Positions 12,960 to 25,961 are shown, numbered from the stretch's first letter. The stretch: 64,000 nucleotides of DNA from Octopus vulgaris (GCA_951406725.2 OX597816.1:105276001-105340000); one strand, 5' to 3'. The notes: generated by a model not told the origin, from the letters alone. A program made the numbers and translations.

Positions 12960-13160
12960 AGAAGTAATCTCTGCATAGTTGCTGAACCTGCTAGAAATAG
13001 CAAACTAAGCCTCATTGAAATTACACCTCAGCCACCTCAGAAAGAAAGGACATTGGATAATGTTGTCCTGCATATGAAATACCCAACAGATGATAGAACG
13101 CTCATTGTTGGAACACATTTGATCCTAGGTCTGCTTAGTTACTTGAGCTGGGATTGAACA
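12960..13160 (+). repeat. Dispersed roughly 200-bp repeat (GCTAGAAATAGCAGCCAAATCTC ... TTTGATCATAGGTCTGCT family)
   Basis: Related copies near 640-720, 14700-14870, 18430-18570, 35950-36090 (-), 46450-46620 (-), 47750-47930 and 52460-52570. Confidence 0.6.
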
Positions 13161-15974
13161 TGTGTCTCCTACCCACCACAAGGCAATTCTCCTCACCCGT
13201 CAATAGGCAAAACCCAATTAAAAGGCAGACTGGGGACAGTGCTAATAATAAAAATCACTGATTGTGTCAAATTTACATTTGTGAAAACCCAACTATGAAT
13301 CATGGCATGATTAAAACCTCTCGGTTTAATATGAAACTCATTTAGAACTTCTCTACTGCTTGAATTTTGAATTTTCCAATTTATCTCTACTTTTATATTT
13401 CAGCTCCAAATATTCTAGTTATGATTTTTTTTTATTAATTAAAACAGAAAAAAGTGTATGACTGATTTTAATTATAATTATTATTATATGATGTAACATT
13501 CATAGTATCAAATATTGTATCAAAAATTGATATAAAGTTATTGTAATAGAAAGGGGTATAAAACAAGAAAATCATGTTGTCTAATTGAGCTTTATTTTAA
13601 TATTATTCTTTATTGTGTAATCCATTTTCATTCTTACTCATTCTTTGAGCATTTAGATTTATTTATTATTTTTGTCATTGTTATTTTGCAAACTTTTGTT
13701 CTTTCCAACACTTAGCTGGTTCTAGTGTTCTTTGATAGAGTAGTGCTTAAAGCTAACAGTGATTTATCAAGACTGGAATTTGAGTAATGGGGATGACATA
13801 TGTTTCCGTAATCTGGTGACAAGATCTTGACTGGATTTCGTAATATTTTTTTTTTTTTAATTTTGTAAAGAAATAGACCTCACACACACACACTCCCATC
13901 TCCTCCCATTCACCTTCCACTTCATCCTTTCTTCTTCCACAATGGTAAAATTGCTGTTGTAACATGTCAGTCACAGAAGTTGCCTTATGTAAAAAATTTT
14001 ATTGTTTGAACCTTTTAGTGGGCTGGGGGAGGGGAAGTTTTATTTGAGATTTATTGTTATTTTTCATTCTCTTCTGCCTGTTTTCAACAGTAATCTTGTT
14101 CACTCGCTTCTCACTGCTTTACTTTATGTCCTCATCTCCTGCCCTTATCCCTCACTTCCTCTTCTCTCCATCTCTCTTTGGTTTTTCCATCAACTTCTTT
14201 CTGTCTTCACACCCAGCTTTATTCACTCACTTTCTCATTCTCACTCTCTAAATCTTTTTATCTCTCTCTCTCTCTCTCTCACCATTTTCTAAATCTTTCT
14301 AGCTCTTTTCTTTGTTTTTACTCTTTCTTCAGTTACTTCCATATCCTTTTTTTAACATTTCCTTTTCATTTTCTCTACCCCCCTCTCTCTCCCACAATAT
14401 ATCCTGTGCAATATCTTACTACAAAGGCAGCTGCTCTGTAGAACACCTTTCTCTTCTATGTCTTTTCACAACTAACAAACCTCTATCCCTCCAACTCAGT
14501 ACAAACACTCACAAAATTAACAACAACAGCAGCATTAATTACCTCATTAGTTCCAAACATTGTAATGAGATGTACACTACTAAAGATAATTACAGAGGAA
14601 CAGCAACTGCCACACTTCAACTGAGTCTACCTTGACCTTCTCTACTGTGGCCACCACCAGGACTGACTAATAAAACAATTTAATGAGGGAAACTGTCAAC
14701 TTTATAGAAAGGACAGCCAAATCTCCCCCTAAGAGTGTCTTCAAAAATGAAAAAAGAAAGACACACGTTAGATAATGCAGTCTACATAAACTGTCTGAAA
14801 AAAAATGTAATTGTCACTGCTGGAATGTCTTTGATCATAGATCTGCTCAATCACTGATGATTGAGGCTAAACATTAGATACATGAGTTTGAAAAAAAGTG
14901 TTTAGTGAGATGAAGACAGACTGATGGTATCAGGTACAATTTTAATTGATGGTAGTACACAACTTGATTGTTCAGAGAAGCAGGCATCAATGTAGTAGCA
15001 GTAGATAATACAGAGACAAAGTTTAGTGATTAGTGAATTGGTATGGAGTAACCCATCAGTGACTGAATATATTCCAGTAGAGACTGTTTGTGGTTCCCAC
15101 AATCTCTACTGGAATATACTCGTTACCATTACCATTCCAGCTGTGTAAGCAGAAAGAACTCTGTGAATTCCATCCAAGCATTTTTCATACAGAATCAACA
15201 TCTGATCAGGGATGAAGTATTTTCTGAGCCCGAAGAAGAAACACAGTGTTAAAGATACAGTGAGAGTTCATCAAAATTGTGATGATTCTCACAATTTTGA
15301 TGGTTTGGGCTGTGTTATGTATGGGATGGGTATAGGGTAAAACGGTTTCCTTGATATGTGCTGTAATTTTGTTTTGGTGTCAAAGGTGACCATTTGTCAT
15401 ATCCCCTAGTTCTTTATTTTATGAATGAAAAGTAAAGATGACTCCAGTTGTCAGCACATAAGTTTTCAAACTAGACATATCGAAGTATCAAGTATGATAC
15501 CCTACTGCTTTAAGGACTCTCTTTGTGAATATATTCAATTTTGATATGAATTAATAGAGTTTTGCATACATCTTTAAAATGATTATTTTCATCAAAATTT
15601 GATCTGCTTTGACAAGTTCAACATTTTATTAAATGTTTACAAGTGGTAGATTGGCAGTACCATCAAAGCATCAGACAATATGTCTCTAGTTATGACCTCT
15701 TATTGTTTACAGCCTAAGTTCAGGTCATGCTGAGGTAAACTCTTCCTTCATTTTTCTGGGGTCTATAAAATACCAGTGAGGTACTGGGGTCAATTTAATA
15801 TTTTTCTAAAGTATCCATGATGTGAATGGCACTGTCATAGAATACTATGACTTTTTGTGAGTGACAAAATCAATAGACTTCCTGATAAAATGCCTTGTGG
15901 TATTTAGTTATGCTACTACTTTACAATCAGTGTTCAGATTTTTCTACCACCACCACCTACATAAAAGGATAAAA

Positions 15975-16401
15975 TATATTTCAGGTTCCGTACGACAGGC
16001 ACCCATGCCAACTCCCTTTGCTTGTGAAGACATGTTGGGGCAAGCGAAATCGAAATCAAATTGAACCAGCCAGGATCCCTGGTCTGGTGGTACGTAAAAA
16101 GCACTATCCGACTTGTGGCCGATGCCAGCACCGCCTCGACTGGCTTCCGTGCCGGTGGCACATAAAATACACCAATCCGACCGTGGCCGTTACCAGCCTC
16201 GCCTGGCACCTGTGCAGGTGGCACGTAAAAAGCACCCACTACACTCACGGAGTGGTTGGCATTAGGAAGGGCATCCAGCTGTAGAAACATTGCCAGATAA
16301 AACTGGAGCCTGGTGCAGCCTTCTGGCTTCCCAGATCCCCGGTCGAACCGTCCAACCCATGCTAGCATGGAGAACGGACGTTAAACGATGATGATGATGA
16401 T
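15975..16401 (+). mobile_element. RTE-tail short retroposon (SINE-like or truncated RTE), ending about 50 nt before claudin exon 2
   Basis: Three GGTGGCACRTAAAAAGCAC sub-repeats, then GTTGGCATTAGGAAGGGCATCCAGCTGTAGAAAC...CCCATGCTAGCATGG...CGTTAAACGATGATGATG, shared with 45540-45716 and 56250-56588. Confidence 0.75.
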
Positions 16402-16450
16402 TATCTTAACATCACCTGAAAATCCCTTTTTTGTTTTCTCTTTGTTGTAG

Positions 16451-16603
16451 CTTTCTTCCTTGGCACCCAGCTGCTCTCTGCCTTCTCTGTGGCTCTCCTC
16501 ATCCTGGTTTTGATCATGGCAGTAATACGAATGTGTGGTTGCTGTCAGACTGGTTATAAGGTCCATGTTGCAGTGATTTCAGCTCTTCTGACACTATTAG
16601 CAA
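16451..16603 (+). CDS. Claudin-like protein, coding exon 2 (TM2-TM3)
   Basis: Polypyrimidine tract plus TTGTAG acceptor; joins exon 1 in phase as PFFLGTQLLSAFSVALLILVLIMAVIRMCGCCQTGYKVHVAVISALLTLLA; donor A|GTAAGT at 16604; 153 nt keeps phase 1. Confidence 0.9.
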
Positions 16604-16799
16604 GTAAGTTTCCATTTCATTTTACTTTCTGTTTATGTATTTTAATGTTTGTTCATTTGTATTTCTCTACATAACATGGGAGCAAGGCTTAATTGTGTGG
16701 TTAACAACTTTATTTTACAGCCGTGTGGCTTCACATTCAGTTTTGTATAGCAACTTGAGCAGCTGCTTTGGATCTTTGTGATTTAGGTCACTGCATGTT

Positions 16800-17400
16800 A
16801 AAATCTTTAAAAAACAATTTTGATGTAGACACAGACACATTGCAGCCTCTCCATTGGCAACGCCAGTACAAATTCCCATGAACTGTTTTTTTGTTTTTTT
16901 TCCGTGGGATGTCCTTTGTAATAAACCTTCTTTTCTGGTATTATTCCTTTCTCTTGGAAGAAATATGCTGCATCATCTTCTATCTTTACTTTTTCCATCA
17001 AACAAGAAAGGTTTAAAGTTGTGACCATCTCATCACTGATCAAATCGAATTTCTACTATTAGGAAAACAAACAATTATTGAACATATGGTGGTTACACTC
17101 CTTGTACACATGTGCAACATATTTGGTTACTATGGAAACAAGTTCTTTACAAACGGTTATGGAACACAATGTGGTTACACTCCTTGGTTACTATGGAAAT
17201 AGAGTTCTTTGCTAACTATGCTAACAGAACTTCACAGTGATGTGTAAAATACTTGCTTCTGATTGGCCAAAGTACACAAATTTTTCAAACTTTAAAGGCT
17301 CATAACTTTTAAAATTATAAATTAAAGGAACCATGCCTAGAAGTTTTGTGATGCCTAAAAATATGATGAAGACCTCAAGCATCTTCATGACATGTTAGAA
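16800..17400 (-). mobile_element. Possible Merlin/ISXO2-like DNA transposon remnant in claudin intron 2
   Basis: ORF remnant EDDAAYFFQEKGIIPEKK...GH resembles the N-terminal Zn-ribbon region; internal direct repeats TGGTTACACTCCTTG and GGTTACTATGGAAA. Confidence 0.35.
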
Positions 17401-17496
17401 GTCACAAATCTATGTTGTTTTTGTTTTGAGTCCTTAAAATCATATTCTTCATTACTACCTTTAATGACATCTCATTCTATATTTCTTTTATTTCAG

Positions 17497-17729
17497 TAAC
17501 ATTTCAGATCTCGGCCCTGTTATTATTTGGTCTGAAAACTGGTCACAAAGATTGGCTTACCAACCATCGACACATCCATTTATCCTGGTCCTATGGTCTT
17601 TGTGCAGGTGGAGCTTTGATACTTATATTTGCAGCATTGTTTTTTGCTTTAGCTGCATTTTCTGCATATGATACTAAAAAGGCAAAAGCCAAAGCCAAAA
17701 AGTTTGCCCTGTCTGTGCATAGATATTAG
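17497..17729 (+). CDS. Claudin-like protein, coding exon 3 (TM3 end, ECL2, TM4, tail); total CDS 657 nt, 218 aa
   Basis: TTTCAG acceptor; in frame ITFQISALLLFGLKTGHKDWLTNHRHIHLSWSYGLCAGGALILIFAALFF...KAKAKAKKFALSVHRY*; LSWSY motif typical of the PMP22/claudin family; TAG at 17727-17729. Confidence 0.9.
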
Positions 17730-18968
17730 CACTGATACTCTGGCTACTTAAATCATTTTGATTTAAGTAGCTAAAGTATATTGGTTGTATATTATTTATT
17801 CATACTTTACATAAGAAACTGTAGAAATATTTTTTTACTTTTACAAAAAAAATATGAAACAAATGTTTTCTAATTCTACATAAAGCTATATTTAATCTCT
17901 GTAAGTCTGTCACTGCCTACATCTCAAACCAAGGCACAGCTGTTAGCAGAGCTGTACATTTGAAAACAGAGATCAATGGTGAGTGGCTGTTAATGGTTTG
18001 CTAATGAAAATATCTACTTTTACTTGAGTGTTGTTAAATATGGCAGCCTGCTTGTAATTCAACTTAAATCATTTAACACATATCATATGAGATTTATGTG
18101 GCAGTTTTACATGTTTAGATAATTGTTTACAAAATTTCAAAATTGCACAGTATCATTCTTGGTCAAATATTGTTAACTTGGGTATTAACCCCCCAAACAA
18201 TCTTTACATACATGTGACAGATAACCATGTTTATTGCATTTTCAACTTCTTTTATTGACACTTACCTCAGTATTTATGGAGTTGATTTAGAAACATCAAC
18301 CTCCTTGATAGGGAACACTAATTTATTGCAAGTTTTATATTCTAGGATAACACTTGTCAATTCTACATTCCTCTCTGTCTAGAGCAATAAGCTGTGCATC
18401 AGCCATACAATAAGCTGTCCATCATAAAGCTGATTGACAGTAAACTAAATCACCTTCAAACCACAGTCCACCTTGGGAAAAAATTGACATTTTATAGTAG
18501 CCCTAATAATCCTAAAACGATGAGGTGGTCATGGCTGAAATGCTTCATCAGGCTGACCGGGACCTAAATAGCAACTAATACATAGCTATGTAATTCACTA
18601 TGCTTTTGTTGGGTACACTGCATATCAGTGACAAGATATGAACTGTTAAGCTTTGAATTAATTATTTCATTACTTTAAAATATTAAATATATTCTTGTAA
18701 TGTCTTAGTTGAAATATAAACATTCATCAAACACTTCACATAATCTTTTCTAAACAAATATATTTTTTAAATATCAAATTCACATTTTTTACTTCATCAT
18801 AAAATATTTTTTTTAATCAAATTCTAGAAAACATTTGACAAATTTGCAATCTTTGCTTATCAGCAGCATATCACAGCTAATAATTAACACCCTTTGTGAT
18901 GCTAATTATTAGTTAAATATATTTTGTAAATAGATTTTTTTTAAATCCATTTTTATATATCCTGAATA

Positions 18969-20701
18969 CATTGTACAACAAATTTCAAGGTCAAGAAAAA
19001 AAAACATAGTTCTCATGTACATTTTATTATGAAGGTGATTGTGCTAAGTTCAAATTTTATAACAAAAATCTCCATTCATGTCACATTTTCTTGTAAATTA
19101 CCAACTTAATAACTATGCAATTTATACCAATTTCCATGATACCATAAATTTATTTTGCCCCCAAAGTCAGATTAAATATGTCCATTGTAATTACTTCATA
19201 AGCATTATATAATGTATTAACCTACATTTTAGTATTTACATCTTTGTTTATAAGACATCTTATGTGTCACGCTTCAGATTCCAGCAGAAGTCAGCCAGCA
19301 TAGCTGGGCTCCATTTTCCCTTATACCTGTTTTCCATTGATGCTATATCTTGATGGAACTTCTCTCCGTGTTCATCACTCACATCTCCTGTATCCTCTGG
19401 GAAGAAGGACAGATGAGAATGAAGAAAGTGTATCTTCAGTGACATATTGCATCTGAGATCTTGGTAGCACTTGATTATGCTCTCCACTATACTCACTCAC
19501 TGGGTCACTTGGTGCTTTCCCAGAAGTCCTTTGCATACATCTTAGAATGCATGTCAGGCTGCTAGCTCAGTTTTATCTATTGTCACCTTCAAGTCCTCAT
19601 CAGCTATAAGTTGACAAATCTGATGACCTATGAATATGCCTCCTTTAATCTTGGCATCACTTATTTTAGGGAAGATCACCTCAAGGTACTGGAAACATGA
19701 CTTGTTATATTGCTGTGCTTTAGTAAATTGCTTCATTAGGCCTAATTTTATATGTAGTGGTGGCAAAATGATTTTAATTAGTGGGTCATGACATTCAGGT
19801 GTCATAGTTTCCCAAGGTGGCCATTCTGAGCATAATGTTTTGATCTAGCCCTACTGTCCCACTTGCAAAGGAAACAAACTTGATGTATCCAGTTTGTAGC
19901 CCATTAAATAGGGCTACTACAGTCAAGTCTGCACAAATTAGCCACTCATGCTCCTTGTAACTTATGTGATCTAAAATAAAAGTGAGGTTCTCATATGTCT
20001 CTCTTGAAATGACTGAGTGAACTATCGGAACTGAAGGCATGGTGTTCCCCATGTGCAAAAGAACTGCTTTTATGCTGCAAAAGGATGCATCTGTGAATAA
20101 CCTCCACTCATTTGGTTCACAGGTCAGCTCAAGGGCATTGAATAGGTCTCTGATATCGTTATAATAAGTCAAGTTGCTTTCCAAAGTGAAGAATTGCTAT
20201 AGACCTGCAGAACACTTCCCAAATATTGTAATTTTGAGCATCTTTATCCAACGGATTCCATTGTTGCAAACGTGAGGCCAGGATTTCACTTTATTGCTTA
20301 GTAAGTATTAAATCATAAACTAGATCATTGAGTTCAGGTTGAGTGATGAGGTGTGGTTTCTTGTCAAATTTACCACAGATTTGGACCCATATAACTATAA
20401 AAATATGGAGTGTACTTTTATAATTTTCATAGGTTAGGTTGACAAATACCTTTGGAACACACCACTAAAATTATATCAAAATCTGTTCATAACTTTTAAA
20501 GTTGTCAGTTTCAGCCCAGTCCTGTTTGCACTCAATTCCTATGGAACCATCAGTGTATTTAACATAAAATGGTAATTTACAAGAATCTGGAGGGTCACAG
20601 GAAGAAATGGATGTTATATTTGTGATCTACACACAAAATACCCCTAGAAAAGATTTTTCTCATTTCCAGTTTTTTTTTTTTTTTTGTATTGTTATACAAT
20701 G
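18969..20701 (-). mobile_element. Decayed Chapaev3-like (CMC superfamily) DNA transposon
   Basis: TIRs CATTGTACAACAA / TTGTTATACAATG flanked by ATA on both sides (3-bp TSD); frameshifted transposase pieces WRLFTD, ILPPLHIKLGLMKQF, KIHFLHSH (H4H) and SDEHGEKFHQDI. Confidence 0.72.
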
Positions 20702-23206
20702 ATATCGAAGACTTATCATATTTGCTCTTCAAATTAAAATATTTGTAACATTTTTGGATTGAGTTATAAAGGTACTTTACATTTTTTTTTTTTTTTTGAA
20801 AAGAACATTTTAGAGGAATATTGTAGCATCTATAATAATTTCTTTTTTGTTTATAAGTTTATTACTTCTGTTGCTAATTACATTATAAATGAATAGCCTG
20901 TATTATCAAATGATATTGAAGCTGTTTGAGTTGATTAAATGTTGTAATTATTCTTAAATGTCTCAATTTTTCCATAAACTAATTCCACTGCATTTAAAGC
21001 CATTGTTCTGAACTTAAGTTTTGCAGTAATTAAAATTGGAAATAAAGTTATTTTATTAATTAACTGGACAATGGGTCTTTATCAAATTAATAGCTGAAGT
21101 TCATATATGTTGATAATCTTAATATTTTTCATCATATACAAGAAGTTAAACATTTAGAATATTTTTAATTTGATTCATTGTGTAACTAGCATATTTATTG
21201 AAACAGCTTGTGGGCCTTCTGAAATTCATGTTTCATCACACATTAAATGTTTTTATACCTGAAACTCCAATCTTGTTTGAGAAGTAAACATCTTAAAAGT
21301 CATAATTATAGACTTGTTATTATTGTCATGTTTATTTTCAGTGCAGTCACTGAGTTATGAGCTTTGATAAGCTTAGAAGTTACTTTGTCTTTCCTCAACT
21401 ACAGGAGTTATGTAACCAAGCTGTATGTTTAAAATATTTCCCTCAGATTAGTGTTTGACCAATAAGAGAAACAAACAATCCAATATTCTTTTCTTGGTTT
21501 CAATCACTGGACAAATTTGAGGGAGTCACTTTTCCAGAATTTTCACTCAGTCATATCAACCCTATTTATTTCAGTGTGGTACTTAATACATCAATTGCTA
21601 TTTTACCAAACTGCTAAGTTACAAAATACAAACAAAACTGACTTTGTTTTTGATCAGTTTAAATATAAACTCATGCAAAACAGATGGGTTTTTACACAGT
21701 TTCTATCAATCACATTCCACTCAAAGTATTGGTAAATCAAGGTGTTACACAGTGGAACCAAATTTGTTACAAAGCACCTTGATTTACAAAAGCAAACCAA
21801 GGCAATTTCAACCAATTGACAATGGTTGTAATGCAGGAATCTCAAATGAATTTATGTTCATGCTGTGTGCAAAGGAAAGTGAATGAAAATTTTACTGCAC
21901 TTTTCACCATTGAGATTGTAAATTTTATTGTATGGGAGACTAACAATTATTATAGTCTTTGTGAAAATAAGTACAAAAATTACCCTTAAGAAAAAGATTT
22001 GTTTTTTGTCTGTTTGGCACACACATTTATGCAACCCTCTCCTGCCATTTAAAGGTTATGGGATAAATTCTGAAGGGAAGACAAGCATTGAATCCAACTA
22101 TTTCATCAAGTCAAATTATTGTTCTGAGTACACACAGTAACAAATAAGATATAACAAATAAGATATAACAAAATTTTGTTTAAGAGATAGTTGTCAGTAC
22201 TATAGAAATGTTTTCCTCGCCAATATTTTAATAAAGAATTGAAAACTAGATCTTAGATTAATGAATATTTACTATCAAAGTTGCATTTATTATTTTTTTA
22301 TGAGAAAACAATTTATTTTGAAATTGAGGAGGAAATAGAAAGGAATATAAAATAACAAAACTTTAATTAAAATAAAGGGCTTCCTAGAATTCCGATATAT
22401 TGAAGCATAGAAATTATGTTAACTTATTTTTATTCTATTTAAATATTACTTCTCAACCCCCTTGGGCCAACTGGTATGAAATTATTACTGATAACAGTTC
22501 ATGTTATTAACAATAACTTAATATGAAGTTGCACATTGCTTTTTGAAGTCATTTCGGATTCTACTCAATTGAATGACTCTTGTTCCACTAATTATTCCAG
22601 CTAGAGGAATCAAAGAATCCCTTCCTTGAAAAACAAATGGTGGGGAGGGACAACAGCAGGAAAAGCATCTGGTCACACATGCCAGCATAAAAAAAGTGGA
22701 AGTAAAATAAACAAACCAACAAGAAAATAACAATGAATTATTAAATACATATCTTTCACAAATTCTGTGAAAATAACTAACCTGCATAGGCATTAAAAAG
22801 AGTAATAGAATTGTTAATTTAGATAAAAATAAACACATCAAGCATAGAAAAGGCCTTGTAGAAAGGAATGTACAATATTTATTATGGCAACATATATATA
22901 CATACACACTTATTAAAAAGTCATGGACTTTAAAAATAAACAAAAGTCTTTTGACTTCATGTTAAGCTATCACAATGACTGCATGTCTTAAACAGTTTTT
23001 CAGACATGCATTAAAAGCTAAAAGTATATATTAGCTTGCATTTATTGGACTGTAAGTTCTAACCGCTTTATCACCTTAATTCAAAACTATCAGAGTAAAA
23101 ACTTTCTGAAGTTTTACAATATATCTGAAAGAATGAAAATATTTTTGCATTAAATTCGAAAAAAATCATAAAAATAAAATTCTTTAAATTTTTTTTTTTA
23201 ATTGTT

Positions 23207-23561
23207 TTATGTACAACATTTATTTTCTTTTAAGTGAGTCTGATTTTTAACATCTGATAAATTAACTGTACTCTTTGAGTGAGTAGGCTTTATGGCTAAG
23301 TCTGATGTATAAGGAAGACAGTATTGTAAAATGTATTCAAAAACTTCATCTACATTATATCCTGTACGACTTGAAGTCTCAAAATAAGGAGGCTTTTGTA
23401 ATTTTTCCATTGGTTGGTTTGCATTCATTTCAAGTGCCAGTTTCTCAGCAGCTTCTACTGACACTTGCCTTGAGCCTGGGGATGTAATATCATATTTGGT
23501 TCCAACTACTATTTTTAAGCAACTATCCTGTGCTGATGAAAGAAGTGGTAGAAAGCGCATC
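23207..23561 (-). CDS. RAB20: Rab20-like GTPase, coding exon 5 (G4, G5, C-terminal CC prenylation motif); total 213 aa
   Basis: MRFLPLL...IVVGTKYD...YFETSSRTGYNVDEVFE...KENKCCT*; acceptor TTTTCAAAG; TAA at 23207-23209. Confidence 0.93.
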
Positions 23562-24176
23562 CTTTGAAAAGAAAAAAAAAACATTTTTTCAAAAGTGAAA
23601 CAAGTTAAAGATAATATTTCATTAAATGTTATCATAATTATAAAAAGCTAACTAGAAATATATATGCAATGAGGTAAAATACAATATTAGTTAATAACTA
23701 AAACTTAAATTATTTTAGCAAATACAGAAGACTTCAAACATGTTTTGGTCTTATGTCTTCATCAAAAAAACATACTATATATGCCAAAGTAGTTGAAGAT
23801 TGTACACTGGTTGGCATAGAAGACTAGAATAACTTAAATATATAATTCAGAGATGTTATTTGCATGAAAAACAACAGTCAATTTATAATGCTCAAAACAT
23901 ACATGTATGCATAAATATGCACGCCTGTCAGCTGTATATGCAACTGAATACCCATCTGCACAGCCATATACATGTATGGGTGCTTACATTGTAGATACCC
24001 ATGACTGCACATCTGTGTTGGTGTAGCTTCATTTACATAAAAAAAAAAATCAGCTTATTCAATAATTTTATGCCTCCTTAAAGTTAAAAACAATTTTATT
24101 AAAATACCATAAAGAGAGAAAATAAAATTTCACACCGAAAAAATATCTGAAAGTGTTAGATTAGAAAAGAACTTAC

Positions 24177-24289
24177 CCAAGAGATTCAAAAGATTTCAGG
24201 CAGTTCAAATTAAAGGCGAATATCGCAGCCCCTGCATTACGACAATAGAATGACGAAAGTCCGGTAAACCTCTCCTCACCAGCAGTATC
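24177..24289 (-). CDS. RAB20: Rab20-like GTPase, coding exon 4 (G3/switch II)
   Basis: DTAGEERFTGLSSFYCRNAGAAIFAFNLNCLKSFESLG; GCTGTAG acceptor, GG|GTAAGT donor, phase 2. Confidence 0.93.
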
Positions 24290-25613
24290 CTACAGCAAAA
24301 GAAATCTTCAGTAATCAGCAACACATTTAAAATATTTATGTCTCGTTTAAAAAATCAAACCAACACAAATAAAAGATAAACATTTATTAGTAAGAAAAAC
24401 TGCAGTTTGTTGGCTATACACAAAAGCTTTCAAGCATTTATATTCAGAGGACATCACAGAATATGGCATTTGTGATTGCATGAGACTTGGTTACACTGAA
24501 GTAATTTATCTGCTTGACGCAAGAAAAAAGTTATCTCCCTTGAAAAATTTTCGTTGCGTCTTGCAACCTTTTCTGAAAAATTTGCTAATAAACCATCAGT
24601 CTACTTGTTAGTATGCAATAATTCTAAATAGCCCCTATCTCTTCTTACAAGTAGGAGCAGAAAATTACAATACTATGACAATACAAAACCCTCTTCCCTT
24701 CGCCTATCAGCAAAGAGGCCGACAGCAAGCATTCACCTTTGGTAGTATTCTATAAGGTTGTTATGCTTTGCTTCATGAAGAGATGCATAAGTGTGTTTTG
24801 TGTATGTGAACAGTTACAAATACTAGAACTGCTAGAATTTCCTGAAGTCGTAAAAGAAATGTAAACTTTACATAAAGACAATTGATAACATATTGTGAAA
24901 GCAGCTTTTCTAAAATAAATGCACAAGTATATCGTTCAGTATTTTTCATTTTATGCATTGTAATGTAAAGAGCTTTAACATTCTACAAGATAAAGGCTAG
25001 AAATTTTGAAAATAAAATGTAGTCAGCATTTTTAGTGTAGCAAACTCCAAAGATAACAGTAACTACATTAGATGAAGATTTTCAACTTGTTATATCACAT
25101 AAGTGGGACTATACTGTGTTTACAATAAAAGAAGGCCAATAGGAATATCTTGGAGTTGACAAAATAATAATAGATCAATAATTGATCTAATAAGTAATAA
25201 AACTGTGTGGAGACAGCTACACTATGTTCAAAAATCACCATCTTCAGTGACTAGAATTTGCATATAATACTGAACTTAGGTGAAGTTATTTGACCCAACT
25301 GTAGTGTTGGCTTTATAAGAAGGAAGTAGCAATAGTGTTTCAACACTTAGTAACAATGCATTAACCTTTGCAATCTCAAGATGTTTAGTACTGAATGGAA
25401 AGCTGCCAGAAAACATTGAATTCAAACTACATCTATTTTAATTCGTTGCAGCTGAAAAAAATGATTTTCAGTTTAAAATTTTAAGAGTTCAGAGTTACAA
25501 CGTCAAAATTTACAACGTCGATATATTGCAGTACTGTTTCATACACAAGTTATTACCATTGTTAACTGATTTGGATACCAAAACTATGACATAAGAGATA
25601 ACAATCGTAAGAT

Positions 25614-25961
25614 CGTGGCAGTCTGTCGGTTACAACGACGAGGGTTCCAGTTGATCCAATCAATGGAACAGCCTGGTCGTGACATTAACGTGCAAATGGC
25701 TGAGCACTCCACAGACACATATGCCCTTAACGTAGTTCTCAGGGAGATTCAGCATGACAGAGGGTGTGACAAGGCTGGCCCTTTGAAATACAGGTACAAC
25801 AGAAACAGGAAGAAAGAGTGAGAGAAAGTTGTGGTGAAAGCATACAGCAAGGTTCGCCACCAACCCCTGCTGGAATAAACACTCAATAAACACTCACAAC
25901 GCTTGGTCTGGGAATCAAAACCCCGAGTCCCCTGCCCTAGCCACTGGGCCATTGCACCTCC
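25614..25961 (-). mobile_element. Full-length tRNA-derived SINE with TSD
   Basis: Minus-strand head GGAGGTGCAATGGCCCAGTGG (A box) and GGTTTTGATTCC (B-box-like); flanking near-direct repeat AATCGTAAGAT / AATCATAAGAT. Confidence 0.75.

Noticed and set aside
14002-14635. Several overlapping hydrophobic ORFs
   Set aside because: They arise from a CT-rich low-complexity tract; no coherent exon signals.
15269-15302. 14-bp perfect hairpin (similar small ones near 18875, 22980 and 48228)
   Set aside because: Short and mostly AT-rich; no independent evidence of function.
15934-16368. 144-aa ORF with repeated FYVPPA
   Set aside because: Antisense reading of the retroposon's GGTGGCACGTAAAAAGCAC sub-repeats.
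17506-17507. Second AG acceptor 11 nt into claudin exon 3
   Set aside because: It would shift the frame and lose TM4.
25930-25961. tRNA-like A/B boxes as a tRNA gene
   Set aside because: Part of a SINE with a TSD; no complete cloverleaf. No true tRNA or rRNA gene was recognised in the window.
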